IMG/VR virus record: IMGVR_UViG_3300044631_000551
Coordinates: 1 to 64,000 of that record
Direction: 5' to 3' (one strand)
Source of the DNA: a virus
Length of the DNA: 64,000 nt
Made by a program: the position numbers and the translations under genes. Position 1 is the stretch's first letter; every line of letters begins with the position of its first letter. Below, in pieces: positions 27,462 through 37,809 of the stretch. Below the pieces are notes generated by a model. The model saw only the letters and a program-made list of their open reading frames with translations, made no database searches and was not told where the DNA came from.

Positions 27462-29183
27462 TTAGAATCTTATTACTAATTTAACTTGTTCTTTATTTGA
27501 AGTAGAACGAGAAACTTCTTGAATATTTTGAATGTATAAAACATCACCAGAATAGATAGCTAAGTTTGCAGCAGTGTTTCCACTAGAAGTGATTCGTTGC
27601 GCGCCATTAGCACCTTGTAGAACTTCACCAGACTGGAACGTACCATTGACGCCAGTTAGCAACATGACTGATGAGTTAGCAAATGCGTATCTACCAGAAG
27701 CGGTAGAAATACTACCTGTTACCACTTCACCATTTGCATAAGTTCCTGTTCCAGAACCTGTTATATTTATAGTGCATAATTGATTAAATGTGTTTGCAGC
27801 ATATAAAGTTCCGTTAGAATATGTCGGATTTTTTAACAAACCAACAGTTCTATAAGTCACGTCTGCGTTAAAAGTATTGGCTCCAACGTACTCGTCAAAC
27901 AAACAATGTACGCCAAGTGCATCACAATATAATTCGTCATAAACATCACTACCGTGTCCGCCATCTGGAGAGATAATTGCTCTCAATTCACCGCCAGAGC
28001 CAAGGTTGGTTCCAGCAGTTACAGTGACAGTAGCATCTTTATAGCCAGTACCATATTGTGCCATGTTTACGCGAGTAATTGCGCCAGTTGTTGAATTCAT
28101 TACAGCATATGCAGAAGCATTACTACCAGTTCTAGAAGTAATTGTTAACAATGGACCAATAGAATATGTACAGGTATTTGATAAGAATCCAGCTGGGAAC
28201 GAGTCAGTAATTGTAATACCATATGCTGTATTAGATGTACCAATCTTACGAACGAATGTATTTCCGCTAGTATTTGTGACAGTAATCGCACTATCTCTGT
28301 AATAGTTCGAAGTTGTATTAGCTGTGTTTGCAATAATTACTACATTGTTATTGCCAGTCGTTGTAATCGCACCAGTATGATTCGGATAATCTGCACCAGA
28401 AGCTTCAACAATAATATGAAATATTCCGCCATCTACTGCTGCGTTAGCAACGATCGCGTCTGGTGTTACAGGGATATATTCGTTTGTTGTAAACTTTAGA
28501 TTATCAGATTGAGCGACATTATACATGTACATCCACTTGTAATTGTCTGCTGTTTGAAATGGCGTTCCAATGTAGGTCGCGCTCTTTGTTGGTTTTATAG
28601 TAGAATTTGCGCCACCATTGTTTGAAATACATTTGAACACGTCACGTGTATCAGTAATAACAAAGAAGTCAGTATCTTTTAATTCAGCCTGATCGTCATA
28701 TTGAGTGTAAACTGTGCTAGTGGTCCATGTGTATTTTGGAACCATTCGTTTGAAGTTGGCTTTTTTACCAAACATCATTTCGTTCCAGATATCATAGAAG
28801 GAATCAGTTTCTGACTCTACTTCAGCTGAAACATCGCTCGTTGGATATTCAGATTGTTTACCAACAAACACATAAAAGTTATTTTCGTTTTCGAAAGAAA
28901 CGTTGACTCTTAGACCAGTACCACTCCCGCCAGTCGCGTAGATGGCAGAGTTAGGAACATTATTGTTATAAACACCTTTGGTGACTAGGGTAGCTGCTGT
29001 AACATTGGCGGTGGCATTGACAGTGACTGTAAACGTAGTTCCACCGAATAAGCTAACTGTTTCTGCGTTGACATAACTGCCACCAGCTGCGCTAATAGCG
29101 AGAGCAGAAACTTTTTGATTATCAACAGAATTGATAAACTCATCTATTGTATTTCTTTTGAATTTAGATAATAGCTTACTCAT
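27462..29183 (-). CDS. gp8: Baseplate wedge subunit
   Basis: WT..TVY.QYDD, VFKCISN, TADNYKWMYMY, ISPDGGHG, YSGDVLYIQN..EQVKLVIRF. Confidence 0.88.
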   Translation of the reverse strand: MSKLLSKFKRNTIDEFINSVDNQKVSALAISAAGGSYVNAETVSLFGGTTFTVTVNATANVTAATLVTKGVYNNNVPNSAIYATGGSGTGLRVNVSFENENNFYVFVGKQSEYPTSDVSAEVESETDSFYDIWNEMMFGKKANFKRMVPKYTWTTSTVYTQYDDQAELKDTDFFVITDTRDVFKCISNNGGANSTIKPTKSATYIGTPFQTADNYKWMYMYNVAQSDNLKFTTNEYIPVTPDAIVANAAVDGGIFHIIVEASGADYPNHTGAITTTGNNNVVIIANTANTTSNYYRDSAITVTNTSGNTFVRKIGTSNTAYGITITDSFPAGFLSNTCTYSIGPLLTITSRTGSNASAYAVMNSTTGAITRVNMAQYGTGYKDATVTVTAGTNLGSGGELRAIISPDGGHGSDVYDELYCDALGVHCLFDEYVGANTFNADVTYRTVGLLKNPTYSNGTLYAANTFNQLCTINITGSGTGTYANGEVVTGSISTASGRYAFANSSVMLLTGVNGTFQSGEVLQGANGAQRITSSGNTAANLAIYSGDVLYIQNIQEVSRSTSNKEQVKLVIRF

Positions 29184-29192
29184 TTATGTACC

Positions 29193-32100
29193 TTATGGGT
29201 TTGTGTTTAGCACTGTGTCAATGACAGTGTCAAAAACGGTATCTGTATCAACAACTGTTACATAAGCAGTGGCTGACGAAGTATTTATAGCGGTTGATGT
29301 AGACTTCTGAGTATTAAACTTAGTAGAAATCGCTGTTGTATATTGCGTAGCATTCAACACAGTTCCAGTCAAATTAAACAGCGTATCTGTATAGAACTTC
29401 GTATCAAAAGTTGTATTTTTAGTTGTTGATGTTTCTTTGTTGGTAGAAATTGTAGTATTTAAAGCTGTATCATAAGTGGTTACAATAGTTGTTAGGCTCT
29501 TAGTCTGAGTTGCGTAAGTCGTTGATTTACTGGTATCAGTATTATACGCTGTTGTTATTGTCGTATCATAAACTGACGATGTCGATTTACTTGTGGCAGT
29601 AGACTTAGTTGTATCAGTATTGAATACTGTAGAAGTAGAAGCAACAGTTGCGCTGATCTTGGTGGTATCAGTATCAAATACCGTGCTGGTAGACTTGGTC
29701 GTAGCGGTATCAATAGCAGTATCTGTATTAAATACAGTCGAAGTCGACTTCGAAGTCGCAGTCGCTATATTTGTAGCGATCTTAGTATCAGTCGACTTGC
29801 TTGTTGATGTCGAATATGCAGTAGCAGTATCGTAAATAGAAATTGTTTCATATACTGTCGAGAAAGTTGAATCAGTTTGAACAATCGTTGCTGTATTTAT
29901 GGTAGTATCAGTAGACTTCGATGTTCCTTTCGTAGTTTCGAACGTAGTTCCTTTACTTGTTGTAGTTAAGAATACTGTATCAAATAATGACTGAGTATTG
30001 TAAACTGTAACATATGATGTTAATGTATTGAATACTGTGCTGGTTAGCGCAGAAGTTGAAGTAGACTTGCTCGTTGATCCAGTTGTGCTAATGGCGGTGT
30101 CGCGCGCAGTATTTGTTTGGAACAATGTAACTGTATCGAATATAGTTGATGTTGCAAACGTTGTATTAAACGCAGTCGTAGTATCAAACACAGAAGAAGT
30201 TGATTTACTTGTTCCAGTTAGCGCAGAAGTATCAAATGTCGAAGCCGTGGCGAACACTGTATTGAATGCGGTTGTGGTATCAAACACAGTAGCATAAGTT
30301 GTTAGCGTCGCATAGATTGTAGCGAAACCAGTCGTAGTCGCGTATGCGGTAGTACGAGAAGTGGCAGTCGCTTTGTTAGTATCATATGCAGTTTCAAACG
30401 CAGTCGAAGTATCGAACACGCTAGTTGTTGCCTTAGATGTGCTAACTGTGGTATCGGTTGATTTGCTGGTTCCAGTAGACTTAGAAGTTGAAGCAGCTGT
30501 TTCTGTCGCTTTAGAAGTAGAAGTCGCTTTAGAAGTAGAAACCACAGTATCAAACGTTGTATCATACGTGGTCACATAAGTCGTAGTTGTATCAAACAAC
30601 GTCGTGGTAGATCTAGAAGTACCAATTGTGGTATCTGTTGATTTGCTGGTAGAAGTCGACTTAGAAGTCGAAGCAGATGTTCCAGTTAAATTCGAAGTAG
30701 CAGTAGACTTAGATGTAGAATTTGTAGTGTCAAACGTAGTATTATATGCAGTTACAAATGCTGTCGTTGTATTAAACACAGTCGTAGTCGACTTAGAAGT
30801 ACTCCTACCCGTTTCTATTGTAACCTCTTCTTTAGTTTCTGCATCGATAAAAGTGGTATCATATGCAGTAACATAAATCGTAGTTGTAGATTTAGAAGTA
30901 CTCGTTGCTTTAGAAGTCGTCGCACTTGTTGCTGCAGATGTATTAAACGTAGTGTTAAACGTTGTTGTCGTGTTAAACGCGGTAGTTGTATTAAACAACG
31001 TTAAGTATGCAGTTGTAGTGTTAAACACAGTCGTAGTGGCATACGCAGTATCATATAAAGTCGAAGTAGACTTAGAAGTCCCTGTCGTCTTAGAAGTTAA
31101 TTTAGACGTAGAACCTGTAGTATTAAACGTTGTATCAAACGTTGTTGTAGTATTAAACGTTGTTGTGGTGTTAAATACAGTCAAGAAAGTTGTAGTCGTA
31201 TCATATGCAGTTGTTGTTGCGTATGCTGTATTGAACGTCGTCGTCGTGCTTCTCGAAGTACTGGTAAATCTATTAGTACCAATTTGTGTTAGATACGTCG
31301 TTGTTGTATTAAACGCAGTAGAGATCGTGGTGTCAGTAGATTTTGACGTTTCTTTGGTTGTCTCTGTGGCTTTACTTGTTTGAGCACTGGTGCTTGTAGA
31401 CTTAGTGGTCGAACCAGTAGTATTAGTTTCAATTGTTGTACCATACACAGTAGTTGTATTAAACAACGTGGTCGTTGATTTTGAAGTCGCCGTTGCTTTT
31501 GAAGTGGCGCCAGTCGTATCAGTTGACTTACTTGTTGCTGTTAAAGCAGAAGTTTGTGTTGAGAAAACAGTTTGATATGCTGTATCAAACGTAGTATTAT
31601 ATGTTGTAGAAGTAAACGCACCGCTACCAGTAGTTGTTAGTTTACTTGTTGCCGTTGAAGCAGAAGTTTCTTTACTTGTAGAAGTATCGCGTTCGGTAAT
31701 CTTTGAAGTATTAGTGCTAAAGAACGTATCAAAAGCAGTATCATATTTCGTAGTGTAAGAAGTCGTCGTAGCATACGCTGTCGAGGTATCGTAAACCGAG
31801 TTAGTTAGACGCTTAGTAGAACGATTTGTGTCTGTATAAACCAACGTTGCAGTCGCAATAGTTGTGTCGGTATTAAACACAGTAGTGGTCGCAATGGCAG
31901 TATCAAATATGGTCTGAGTATTAAACACAGAAGTTGTAGATTTACTGGTAGCAGTTACATATGCTGTCGTTGTGTTAAATGTACTTGTTGTAGATTTATT
32001 AGTCGATGTAGCATATGCAGTTATAGTGTCAAAAACTGATGACGTAGATTTATTTGTTGCAGTGGCAAATGTCGTTGTTGTATCGTATGCAGTCGTGGTC

Positions 32101-35100
32101 GTTTTACCAGTACCATATGCAGTAGATTTTGACGTTTGAGTTGCAAACTTAGTATCAATCGTTGTAGAAGTATACAACGCAGTCGCTGTTAAAAAATTAG
32201 TGGCAAATGCTGAATCGGTGTACTTAGCAGTTCTATAATTTGTATCAGACAAATATTCAGTTGTAGTGTTTGTAGATTTTGAAGTACCTGTTTCCGTTGA
32301 AACTGCAGTTGAATATGCTGTACCAAGCGCAGTTTGCTTAAATGTATCTGTCGACTTAGAAGTATCTTTATTAGTTGCATAAGAAGTTGCAACTGTTGTC
32401 AATACTTCGCCAGTTGTAAAATATGTCTGAACATCTGTTGGACGCGACGTCGCAACCTTAGTAATGATATCAGTTTGTTTATTTGTCAGCGTAGTTACAT
32501 CTGTGTCTAAAGTCGTGTCTTTGAACTTGGTATTGTAAAAAGTTGCAAACTCAGTTTGGAACGAAGTATCATAAATCGTGTTGATAGTAGTCAACAGATT
32601 TGTCATAAATGTCGTGCCAGTAAACTTCTGCGTGTCGACTGTGGTATCTTTTGAAGTAGCATACGCAGTTGTAGTCGCAATCTTTGTTGCGTACGCTGTT
32701 AAGAATACAGTTGTTGTTACGCCAGCAGTTCGAGTGGCTCTGGTCGTCGCATATGCAGTTTGAACTATTGTACCAGCACCACTGTCTGTAGAGATCTTAG
32801 TATCAAACGTGGTGGTCGTATTTGTAAAGTAGCTGGTAACAGTAGCAGTTACTGGTAGAGTATCAATTGTTATGGCTGTATCTACTAACGTATTTGTGTC
32901 ATACGTTGTTGTTGTGGACACACTAGTATCAAATTTTGTAGTACGAGTTGTATCAATCGTAGTATCAGTATTGTAATTGGTAGTGGTATTAATTGTTGTA
33001 TTGACTAGAGTTCCGCCACTGGTATTAAAAATTGTATCGTATGTGGTAGAATAACTTGAGTTGATAGCTGTGCTTCTAGACGTGGCAAAAGCAGAAGTTT
33101 CTGATACTGTAACTTCTTTTGAACAAGAGTAAGACCAGACTCCAGGAGGAGCGTCATTAAGGAAAATACAATCATCAAATGTAAATCCTTTCGCAGCAGC
33201 ATCCGCTATCGCAGCATTTTGATTGACAAATCCAGTTTCACTAGCGGAAGTTGTAAATGTTGTATCTGCAGTTATACTTGTATCAAACACAGTTGTTGTG
33301 AAGAAGTTAGTTACAACAGATGTTTGGAAGTTAGTAGCAGCAACACCGCTTAGAGTACCGTAGCTGGTAGCAGTTGTTTTAGATGTGCCAGTCGCATACG
33401 CAGTAGCAAATTTAGTGCTTCTACTAGTATCATATACTGTAGCTGTACTCTTAGTCGTAGCTGTATCTCTAGCTTCTTGGCCAGCATACGTTGTGCTTGT
33501 ATAAACAATTGTTCCTACAGCAGTATTAATTGCAGTGGCAGTAGTAATTAACGTGCTAAATGCAGTTGTTGTAGAGGTCGAAATTGCTGTTTCGAATGTG
33601 GTATCGATAGCAGTTTCGCGCTTTGTCAAGAACGAAGTTCCATATGCAGATGTGGTTAGATACTCCGTCGCAATTGTAGTCGCGCCAGCAGTTTCTGTAA
33701 ATCTGCTTGTTGTAACACCAGTAGAAGTCGTAAGTGTTGTAGAAGTAGAAGTTAGATACTGAGTTTCTAGATAATCAATTAGAGCTTCTAGGGTGGTTCC
33801 ACGAGAAACAGGAACAGATTGAATTACAGTTCTACCAAATCTTTCCATACCAGCTGGATGCCACAAATCACGAAGAATGCTAGAATACTTGTTAAACGCA
33901 GTAACAGCTTGAACTTCGTATGAATATTCTTGGTAATAATAATTGTCGTGAATATACTTGTCAGAGTTTAAGAAACCGCGAGTAGATTTAAAGAATCCTT
34001 CGCCCTTACCCTGACCAAGATAATCAATTGTACCTGTTGCAACATGCGAAGCATTCGTTACACTTGTTAGCGAAACAGTCGTATTGTTAGTGTAGCCAAC
34101 ACCAGAATTATAGATGGATACAGTAGAAACAGCACCAGGACCACTACCAGAAACGCCAGCAATATTTGCATTGAAACCGAGGAATCCGCCAGCTCCATCA
34201 GACAGACGAAGCGGATAAATTAAATTATCGACGATTGCTACGTTTACGTTTGCTTGATAACCACCACCAGGATTAATATTTGTTAATGTAGCAATTGTAC
34301 CATAAGTGTAGGTGTTTAATGTAAAAATACCATTAAACGCAGTCAAATATGTTGCAGATGTATTTGATGAAAATGCAGTATAAGCTGGGGCTGCAGCATT
34401 AATTTGAATACTAAGCGCGTTAGTAATTGGCGTAGAAGTCAAGTCAATTGTGCTTGTATTGCTTAATGATCCAACATCAAAAGACGCAACGCTGGTTGGC
34501 GTTTCGCCTAGTGATGGTGTAACTGTTTCAGAAGCAGTTAATGTAAAACCTGTACCACCATTTCTAATGTCAAAAGTTACAACACCTTGTAGTCTTTGCA
34601 GACCAGTTACAATGGCTTGACCATTTACACCATCACCGCCAACAACGTTGACGAGTTCACCAAGAGAAAAACCAGGAGAGCTACCGAGAACTTGAATGCT
34701 AGAAAGTGATCCGTAAACTTTTGGACTATCTGTAACTTCGATGCCCAAGTCGTCTATTACATCTAAATTGATAATTTCTTCATCTGCCGCAAATGTTCCG
34801 ACAATGTCAGTAATATACAAAATATCGTGGCGCTGATTACCAGTTACAAATACTTTATAATCATCTACGAAAGCTGTCGCCCCAGAAATGCGACCAGTAA
34901 TCGTTTTACCGATATATGATGCAATGTTTGCATTATATTCTAGCTCCAAGTATCTTGGAACAAGCCATTGTGAATCAGATGCACGGATTACGTCTGTTCC
35001 AGGAGAATAGACGTTAATGTCTTCGTTGAATAAAACGCGGAATAATAATTCTAAACCACGTTCTGTGCCTTTAGAAGAGTATAATTCTTTGATGTGTTTT

Positions 35101-35363
35101 TGTAGAAGACGTTTATCTGCAGCAACATCAAGCGGAATACCATGCATGTATTTTTTACGAAAATAATCTACGAACTCATCAAGAGTAGTATCAATATCGC
35201 GCCAAGTTGGTAGTCGACGAGCGTCGTAGATTACTTGATTAGTTTGTTCTAACCACTCAAAATATGCTCTAACAAATGCAACGAAAGTTGGTCCTTCTTC
35301 TCGGTAGATAGAAGGAAACTGACTTTCAATGAGTGGAGAAATTAACTTCTCAAGGTCTTTCAT
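29193..35363 (-). CDS. gp7: Baseplate wedge initiator (gp7-like) with ~1500-aa Thr-rich C-terminal extension
   Basis: IESQFP..REEGP.FVAFVRAYFEWLE, LYSSKGT, HDNYYYQEYSY..HPAGM..FG; lies between gp6 and gp8. Confidence 0.82.
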   Translation of the reverse strand: MKDLEKLISPLIESQFPSIYREEGPTFVAFVRAYFEWLEQTNQVIYDARRLPTWRDIDTTLDEFVDYFRKKYMHGIPLDVAADKRLLQKHIKELYSSKGTERGLELLFRVLFNEDINVYSPGTDVIRASDSQWLVPRYLELEYNANIASYIGKTITGRISGATAFVDDYKVFVTGNQRHDILYITDIVGTFAADEEIINLDVIDDLGIEVTDSPKVYGSLSSIQVLGSSPGFSLGELVNVVGGDGVNGQAIVTGLQRLQGVVTFDIRNGGTGFTLTASETVTPSLGETPTSVASFDVGSLSNTSTIDLTSTPITNALSIQINAAAPAYTAFSSNTSATYLTAFNGIFTLNTYTYGTIATLTNINPGGGYQANVNVAIVDNLIYPLRLSDGAGGFLGFNANIAGVSGSGPGAVSTVSIYNSGVGYTNNTTVSLTSVTNASHVATGTIDYLGQGKGEGFFKSTRGFLNSDKYIHDNYYYQEYSYEVQAVTAFNKYSSILRDLWHPAGMERFGRTVIQSVPVSRGTTLEALIDYLETQYLTSTSTTLTTSTGVTTSRFTETAGATTIATEYLTTSAYGTSFLTKRETAIDTTFETAISTSTTTAFSTLITTATAINTAVGTIVYTSTTYAGQEARDTATTKSTATVYDTSRSTKFATAYATGTSKTTATSYGTLSGVAATNFQTSVVTNFFTTTVFDTSITADTTFTTSASETGFVNQNAAIADAAAKGFTFDDCIFLNDAPPGVWSYSCSKEVTVSETSAFATSRSTAINSSYSTTYDTIFNTSGGTLVNTTINTTTNYNTDTTIDTTRTTKFDTSVSTTTTYDTNTLVDTAITIDTLPVTATVTSYFTNTTTTFDTKISTDSGAGTIVQTAYATTRATRTAGVTTTVFLTAYATKIATTTAYATSKDTTVDTQKFTGTTFMTNLLTTINTIYDTSFQTEFATFYNTKFKDTTLDTDVTTLTNKQTDIITKVATSRPTDVQTYFTTGEVLTTVATSYATNKDTSKSTDTFKQTALGTAYSTAVSTETGTSKSTNTTTEYLSDTNYRTAKYTDSAFATNFLTATALYTSTTIDTKFATQTSKSTAYGTGKTTTTAYDTTTTFATATNKSTSSVFDTITAYATSTNKSTTSTFNTTTAYVTATSKSTTSVFNTQTIFDTAIATTTVFNTDTTIATATLVYTDTNRSTKRLTNSVYDTSTAYATTTSYTTKYDTAFDTFFSTNTSKITERDTSTSKETSASTATSKLTTTGSGAFTSTTYNTTFDTAYQTVFSTQTSALTATSKSTDTTGATSKATATSKSTTTLFNTTTVYGTTIETNTTGSTTKSTSTSAQTSKATETTKETSKSTDTTISTAFNTTTTYLTQIGTNRFTSTSRSTTTTFNTAYATTTAYDTTTTFLTVFNTTTTFNTTTTFDTTFNTTGSTSKLTSKTTGTSKSTSTLYDTAYATTTVFNTTTAYLTLFNTTTAFNTTTTFNTTFNTSAATSATTSKATSTSKSTTTIYVTAYDTTFIDAETKEEVTIETGRSTSKSTTTVFNTTTAFVTAYNTTFDTTNSTSKSTATSNLTGTSASTSKSTSTSKSTDTTIGTSRSTTTLFDTTTTYVTTYDTTFDTVVSTSKATSTSKATETAASTSKSTGTSKSTDTTVSTSKATTSVFDTSTAFETAYDTNKATATSRTTAYATTTGFATIYATLTTYATVFDTTTAFNTVFATASTFDTSALTGTSKSTSSVFDTTTAFNTTFATSTIFDTVTLFQTNTARDTAISTTGSTSKSTSTSALTSTVFNTLTSYVTVYNTQSLFDTVFLTTTSKGTTFETTKGTSKSTDTTINTATIVQTDSTFSTVYETISIYDTATAYSTSTSKSTDTKIATNIATATSKSTSTVFNTDTAIDTATTKSTSTVFDTDTTKISATVASTSTVFNTDTTKSTATSKSTSSVYDTTITTAYNTDTSKSTTYATQTKSLTTIVTTYDTALNTTISTNKETSTTKNTTFDTKFYTDTLFNLTGTVLNATQYTTAISTKFNTQKSTSTAINTSSATAYVTVVDTDTVFDTVIDTVLNTNP

Positions 35364-37156
35364 TAGATGCGAATTCCAGTTACAACGACAGAAATATCTT
35401 CGTTATCAATTAGTAATATTTTATTTGTTAGCGTATCAATATCAGCATTTTCAGTTCTTGCGTATATTTTAATACTGTCAGTATCATAAGAATCAACAAT
35501 TAAATTTGTAATTTTAATTTCGCCTGTTTCATAATTTACTGTACCGACATTATTATTTAGAACTGTAGTATTACCATTATTTATGGTGTAAATATAAAGA
35601 GTTCCAACACCATTGTCATTAATATAAGCAGTATATTTGTCATAAACAAATGCGGTTGAAGATACGATTGGTTCATGGCCAACTGGTAAAACATATCTTA
35701 TATCTTCATCATGTAATCGATTTTCAAAACTCCAGTTAGAAGAAAAGCTAACAAGAGGAGTAGGAGTTATGCGCTTAGAAATACGAACTTGTGTATCGTT
35801 TGAAATGATTGATACATCAGCAGCATCAATAGCAGCAGACAGTTTAGAGAACCTTAAATCAGAGCCAAAGTCTGATAGATAACTTGTATTAAAAGATGTG
35901 ATGGCAGTAATAACATTTGACACCAATTGAGATGGTGTTTTTGTTGTGGCGCTTATGTTGTACTTGACGCGAGAAATAATATCAAGATACAAATACTCAG
36001 GATCAACTATTAATGGTTCAATCGATACTGGTGTCTTATCTTCTAAGAAAGTCAAGATGCTTTGTTTTATGCTAGAAGAAAGCATTTCTCCGCCAACTGG
36101 TTTAGCAGAGATAATAACTTTTCCATATAATTTTGGAACTGACTCTTCGCCACCGTAGGCGATTACAGTTTCAATCGAAGGGTAGTTTGCCTTGATTAAA
36201 GAAATAAAGTCTTCAGCAGTAACAGCTCTGTTCTGCGCTGTAAATCCGCGAATCGCATTATAACGAATTGATTCAGCATCTTCCGCTTGCGAGCCACCAG
36301 CTGAAGTTTCGGTAGTAGATAACAAAAATGTATTTGAAGAAAAACCATCAGCAGAACTGATAGAAGTAAACGTACCGCATCCGTTACCATCTTCGCCTGC
36401 AGTTTGTCTGTATGTAACTAAAACAATATTACCTGCTGTCAATTTCTTACTGGAAACACCGTTACCAAACGAAACAGCATACTTAAATTCGTCAGCACCC
36501 TGAACAAAAAATACTGTGCTATTTGCATTCAAACCAAACAAGTCAGTGGCTTTGCTCCACGCCACTGCTGTGGTATTTGTTGATGAGTTTCTTATTTCAA
36601 CAGTAATAGAAGAAGTATCTAATGTATTAGAAGACAAAGTAAATGTTTGGTTGTTCGCAGAGTTCGCAACAAATGCTTCTGTTTTAATGCTGCCTTCGTG
36701 GAAAGAAACATTAGAAACGGTGTAGTTGTTTGAGCGATACAAAACAATAGTTTCGTCTGTTGAAAATGTGTATGTTTCATTAGCATCATTAGTACCTCTG
36801 ATGCTGTAATACTGTGGCAGAGTAATTGTGTCTGGAGTATTTGCTGGCTGCGCAGTAACAGTGACATCAATTGTTGAAGCTGCGCGCGATCTTGGCGTAT
36901 AGTTTAATTCTTTAGCGTGAGATACAATTGAGTCGCGAAGTTGCGCGGTATCCAAAAACATCTCACTGCCAATCATGTTGAGATACATGGCGTTGTGATA
37001 GGTATTGTATGCTAATAAGTCCAACAGAACTGATAAGTTAGAACCTTCAAAATCATAGTCCCTAAACTCAGTTTGCTGACTTAAATATGTCTTTAGACTT
37101 TCTTTGTATGCAGCAAAGTCTAATTCAGTGGTGGTGAGAAATCCTTGATTCGACAT
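35363..37156 (-). CDS. gp6: Baseplate wedge subunit
   Basis: LDF..YK.SLK.YL..Q.EFRDYDFEGSNLSVLLDLLAYNT, AQNRAVTAEDF, YGGEE. Confidence 0.95.
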   Translation of the reverse strand: MSNQGFLTTTELDFAAYKESLKTYLSQQTEFRDYDFEGSNLSVLLDLLAYNTYHNAMYLNMIGSEMFLDTAQLRDSIVSHAKELNYTPRSRAASTIDVTVTAQPANTPDTITLPQYYSIRGTNDANETYTFSTDETIVLYRSNNYTVSNVSFHEGSIKTEAFVANSANNQTFTLSSNTLDTSSITVEIRNSSTNTTAVAWSKATDLFGLNANSTVFFVQGADEFKYAVSFGNGVSSKKLTAGNIVLVTYRQTAGEDGNGCGTFTSISSADGFSSNTFLLSTTETSAGGSQAEDAESIRYNAIRGFTAQNRAVTAEDFISLIKANYPSIETVIAYGGEESVPKLYGKVIISAKPVGGEMLSSSIKQSILTFLEDKTPVSIEPLIVDPEYLYLDIISRVKYNISATTKTPSQLVSNVITAITSFNTSYLSDFGSDLRFSKLSAAIDAADVSIISNDTQVRISKRITPTPLVSFSSNWSFENRLHDEDIRYVLPVGHEPIVSSTAFVYDKYTAYINDNGVGTLYIYTINNGNTTVLNNNVGTVNYETGEIKITNLIVDSYDTDSIKIYARTENADIDTLTNKILLIDNEDISVVVTGIRI

Positions 37157-37157
37157 T

Positions 37158-37571
37158 TTATCTTATCCTGTTTAGAAGGAACTCTACAGTTCCTACTTGT
37201 TCGTTTCTTATTAGTGAGAAAGCAATGCTCACAAAATACGTGTTTCTGTCATAATCTGGCGTAACATCAACTGTATCAATATTGATTCTTGGTTCGTACT
37301 GTTTAAGCGTCTGAATAATTGTTTCGCGCAAAGCAATTGTGGTTAGTGGCGTCATTTGCTCAAACAACAACTCGCTAACACCAGCGCCAAGATTTGGATC
37401 TAATAACCTTTCATATTTATCAGTCATAATTAGATTCTTTACAGATCTCTTTGCTGCGTCTAGATCTGTGAGCCTAACAACATCATTTGTAATGACGTTT
37501 CTGCTAAACGATGCGCTAAAATCGCTATACGTCGGTGGCGCTTTGATTGGATTTTCTTTACGGAAAGCCAT
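37158..37571 (-). CDS. gp25: Baseplate wedge/sheath initiator
   Basis: YSDF...AKRSVKNLI.T...ER..DP.LG, YEPRI; directly upstream of gp6. Confidence 0.9.
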   Translation of the reverse strand: MAFRKENPIKAPPTYSDFSASFSRNVITNDVVRLTDLDAAKRSVKNLIMTDKYERLLDPNLGAGVSELLFEQMTPLTTIALRETIIQTLKQYEPRINIDTVDVTPDYDRNTYFVSIAFSLIRNEQVGTVEFLLNRIR

Positions 37572-37786
37572 TATTCGCCACCATTTCCGCCGTCACCACC
37601 ATCACCATTACCACCGTCATTACCTTCTGCTGAACCATCTGGACCATCGCCCTCAGTTCCTCTTCCAGGAAACGCTTTGGCTAACTTACCATTAATCATG
37701 CGAATTGGTTTTTTGGTGACTTTGATTCTCTTCCCTTCAAATCCAGGAACTGTAAATTCAACCATAAAGTCTTTAAGAGTTTTCAT
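37571..37786 (-). CDS. Small protein with capsid-targeting-like N-terminus and Gly/Asp tail
   Basis: MKTLKDFMVE resembles the T4 internal-protein CTS MKTYQEFIAE; GGAG RBS; own late-type promoter. Confidence 0.6.
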   Translation of the reverse strand: MKTLKDFMVEFTVPGFEGKRIKVTKKPIRMINGKLAKAFPGRGTEGDGPDGSAEGNDGGNGDGGDGGNGGE

Positions 37787-37809
37787 GTAAATTCTCCGCT
37801 GTTATAGTG

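Noticed and set aside
29193-33780. CRISPR array or DNA tandem repeat
   Set aside because: Repeats are degenerate at synonymous positions and in-frame coding; there is no constant repeat with unique spacers
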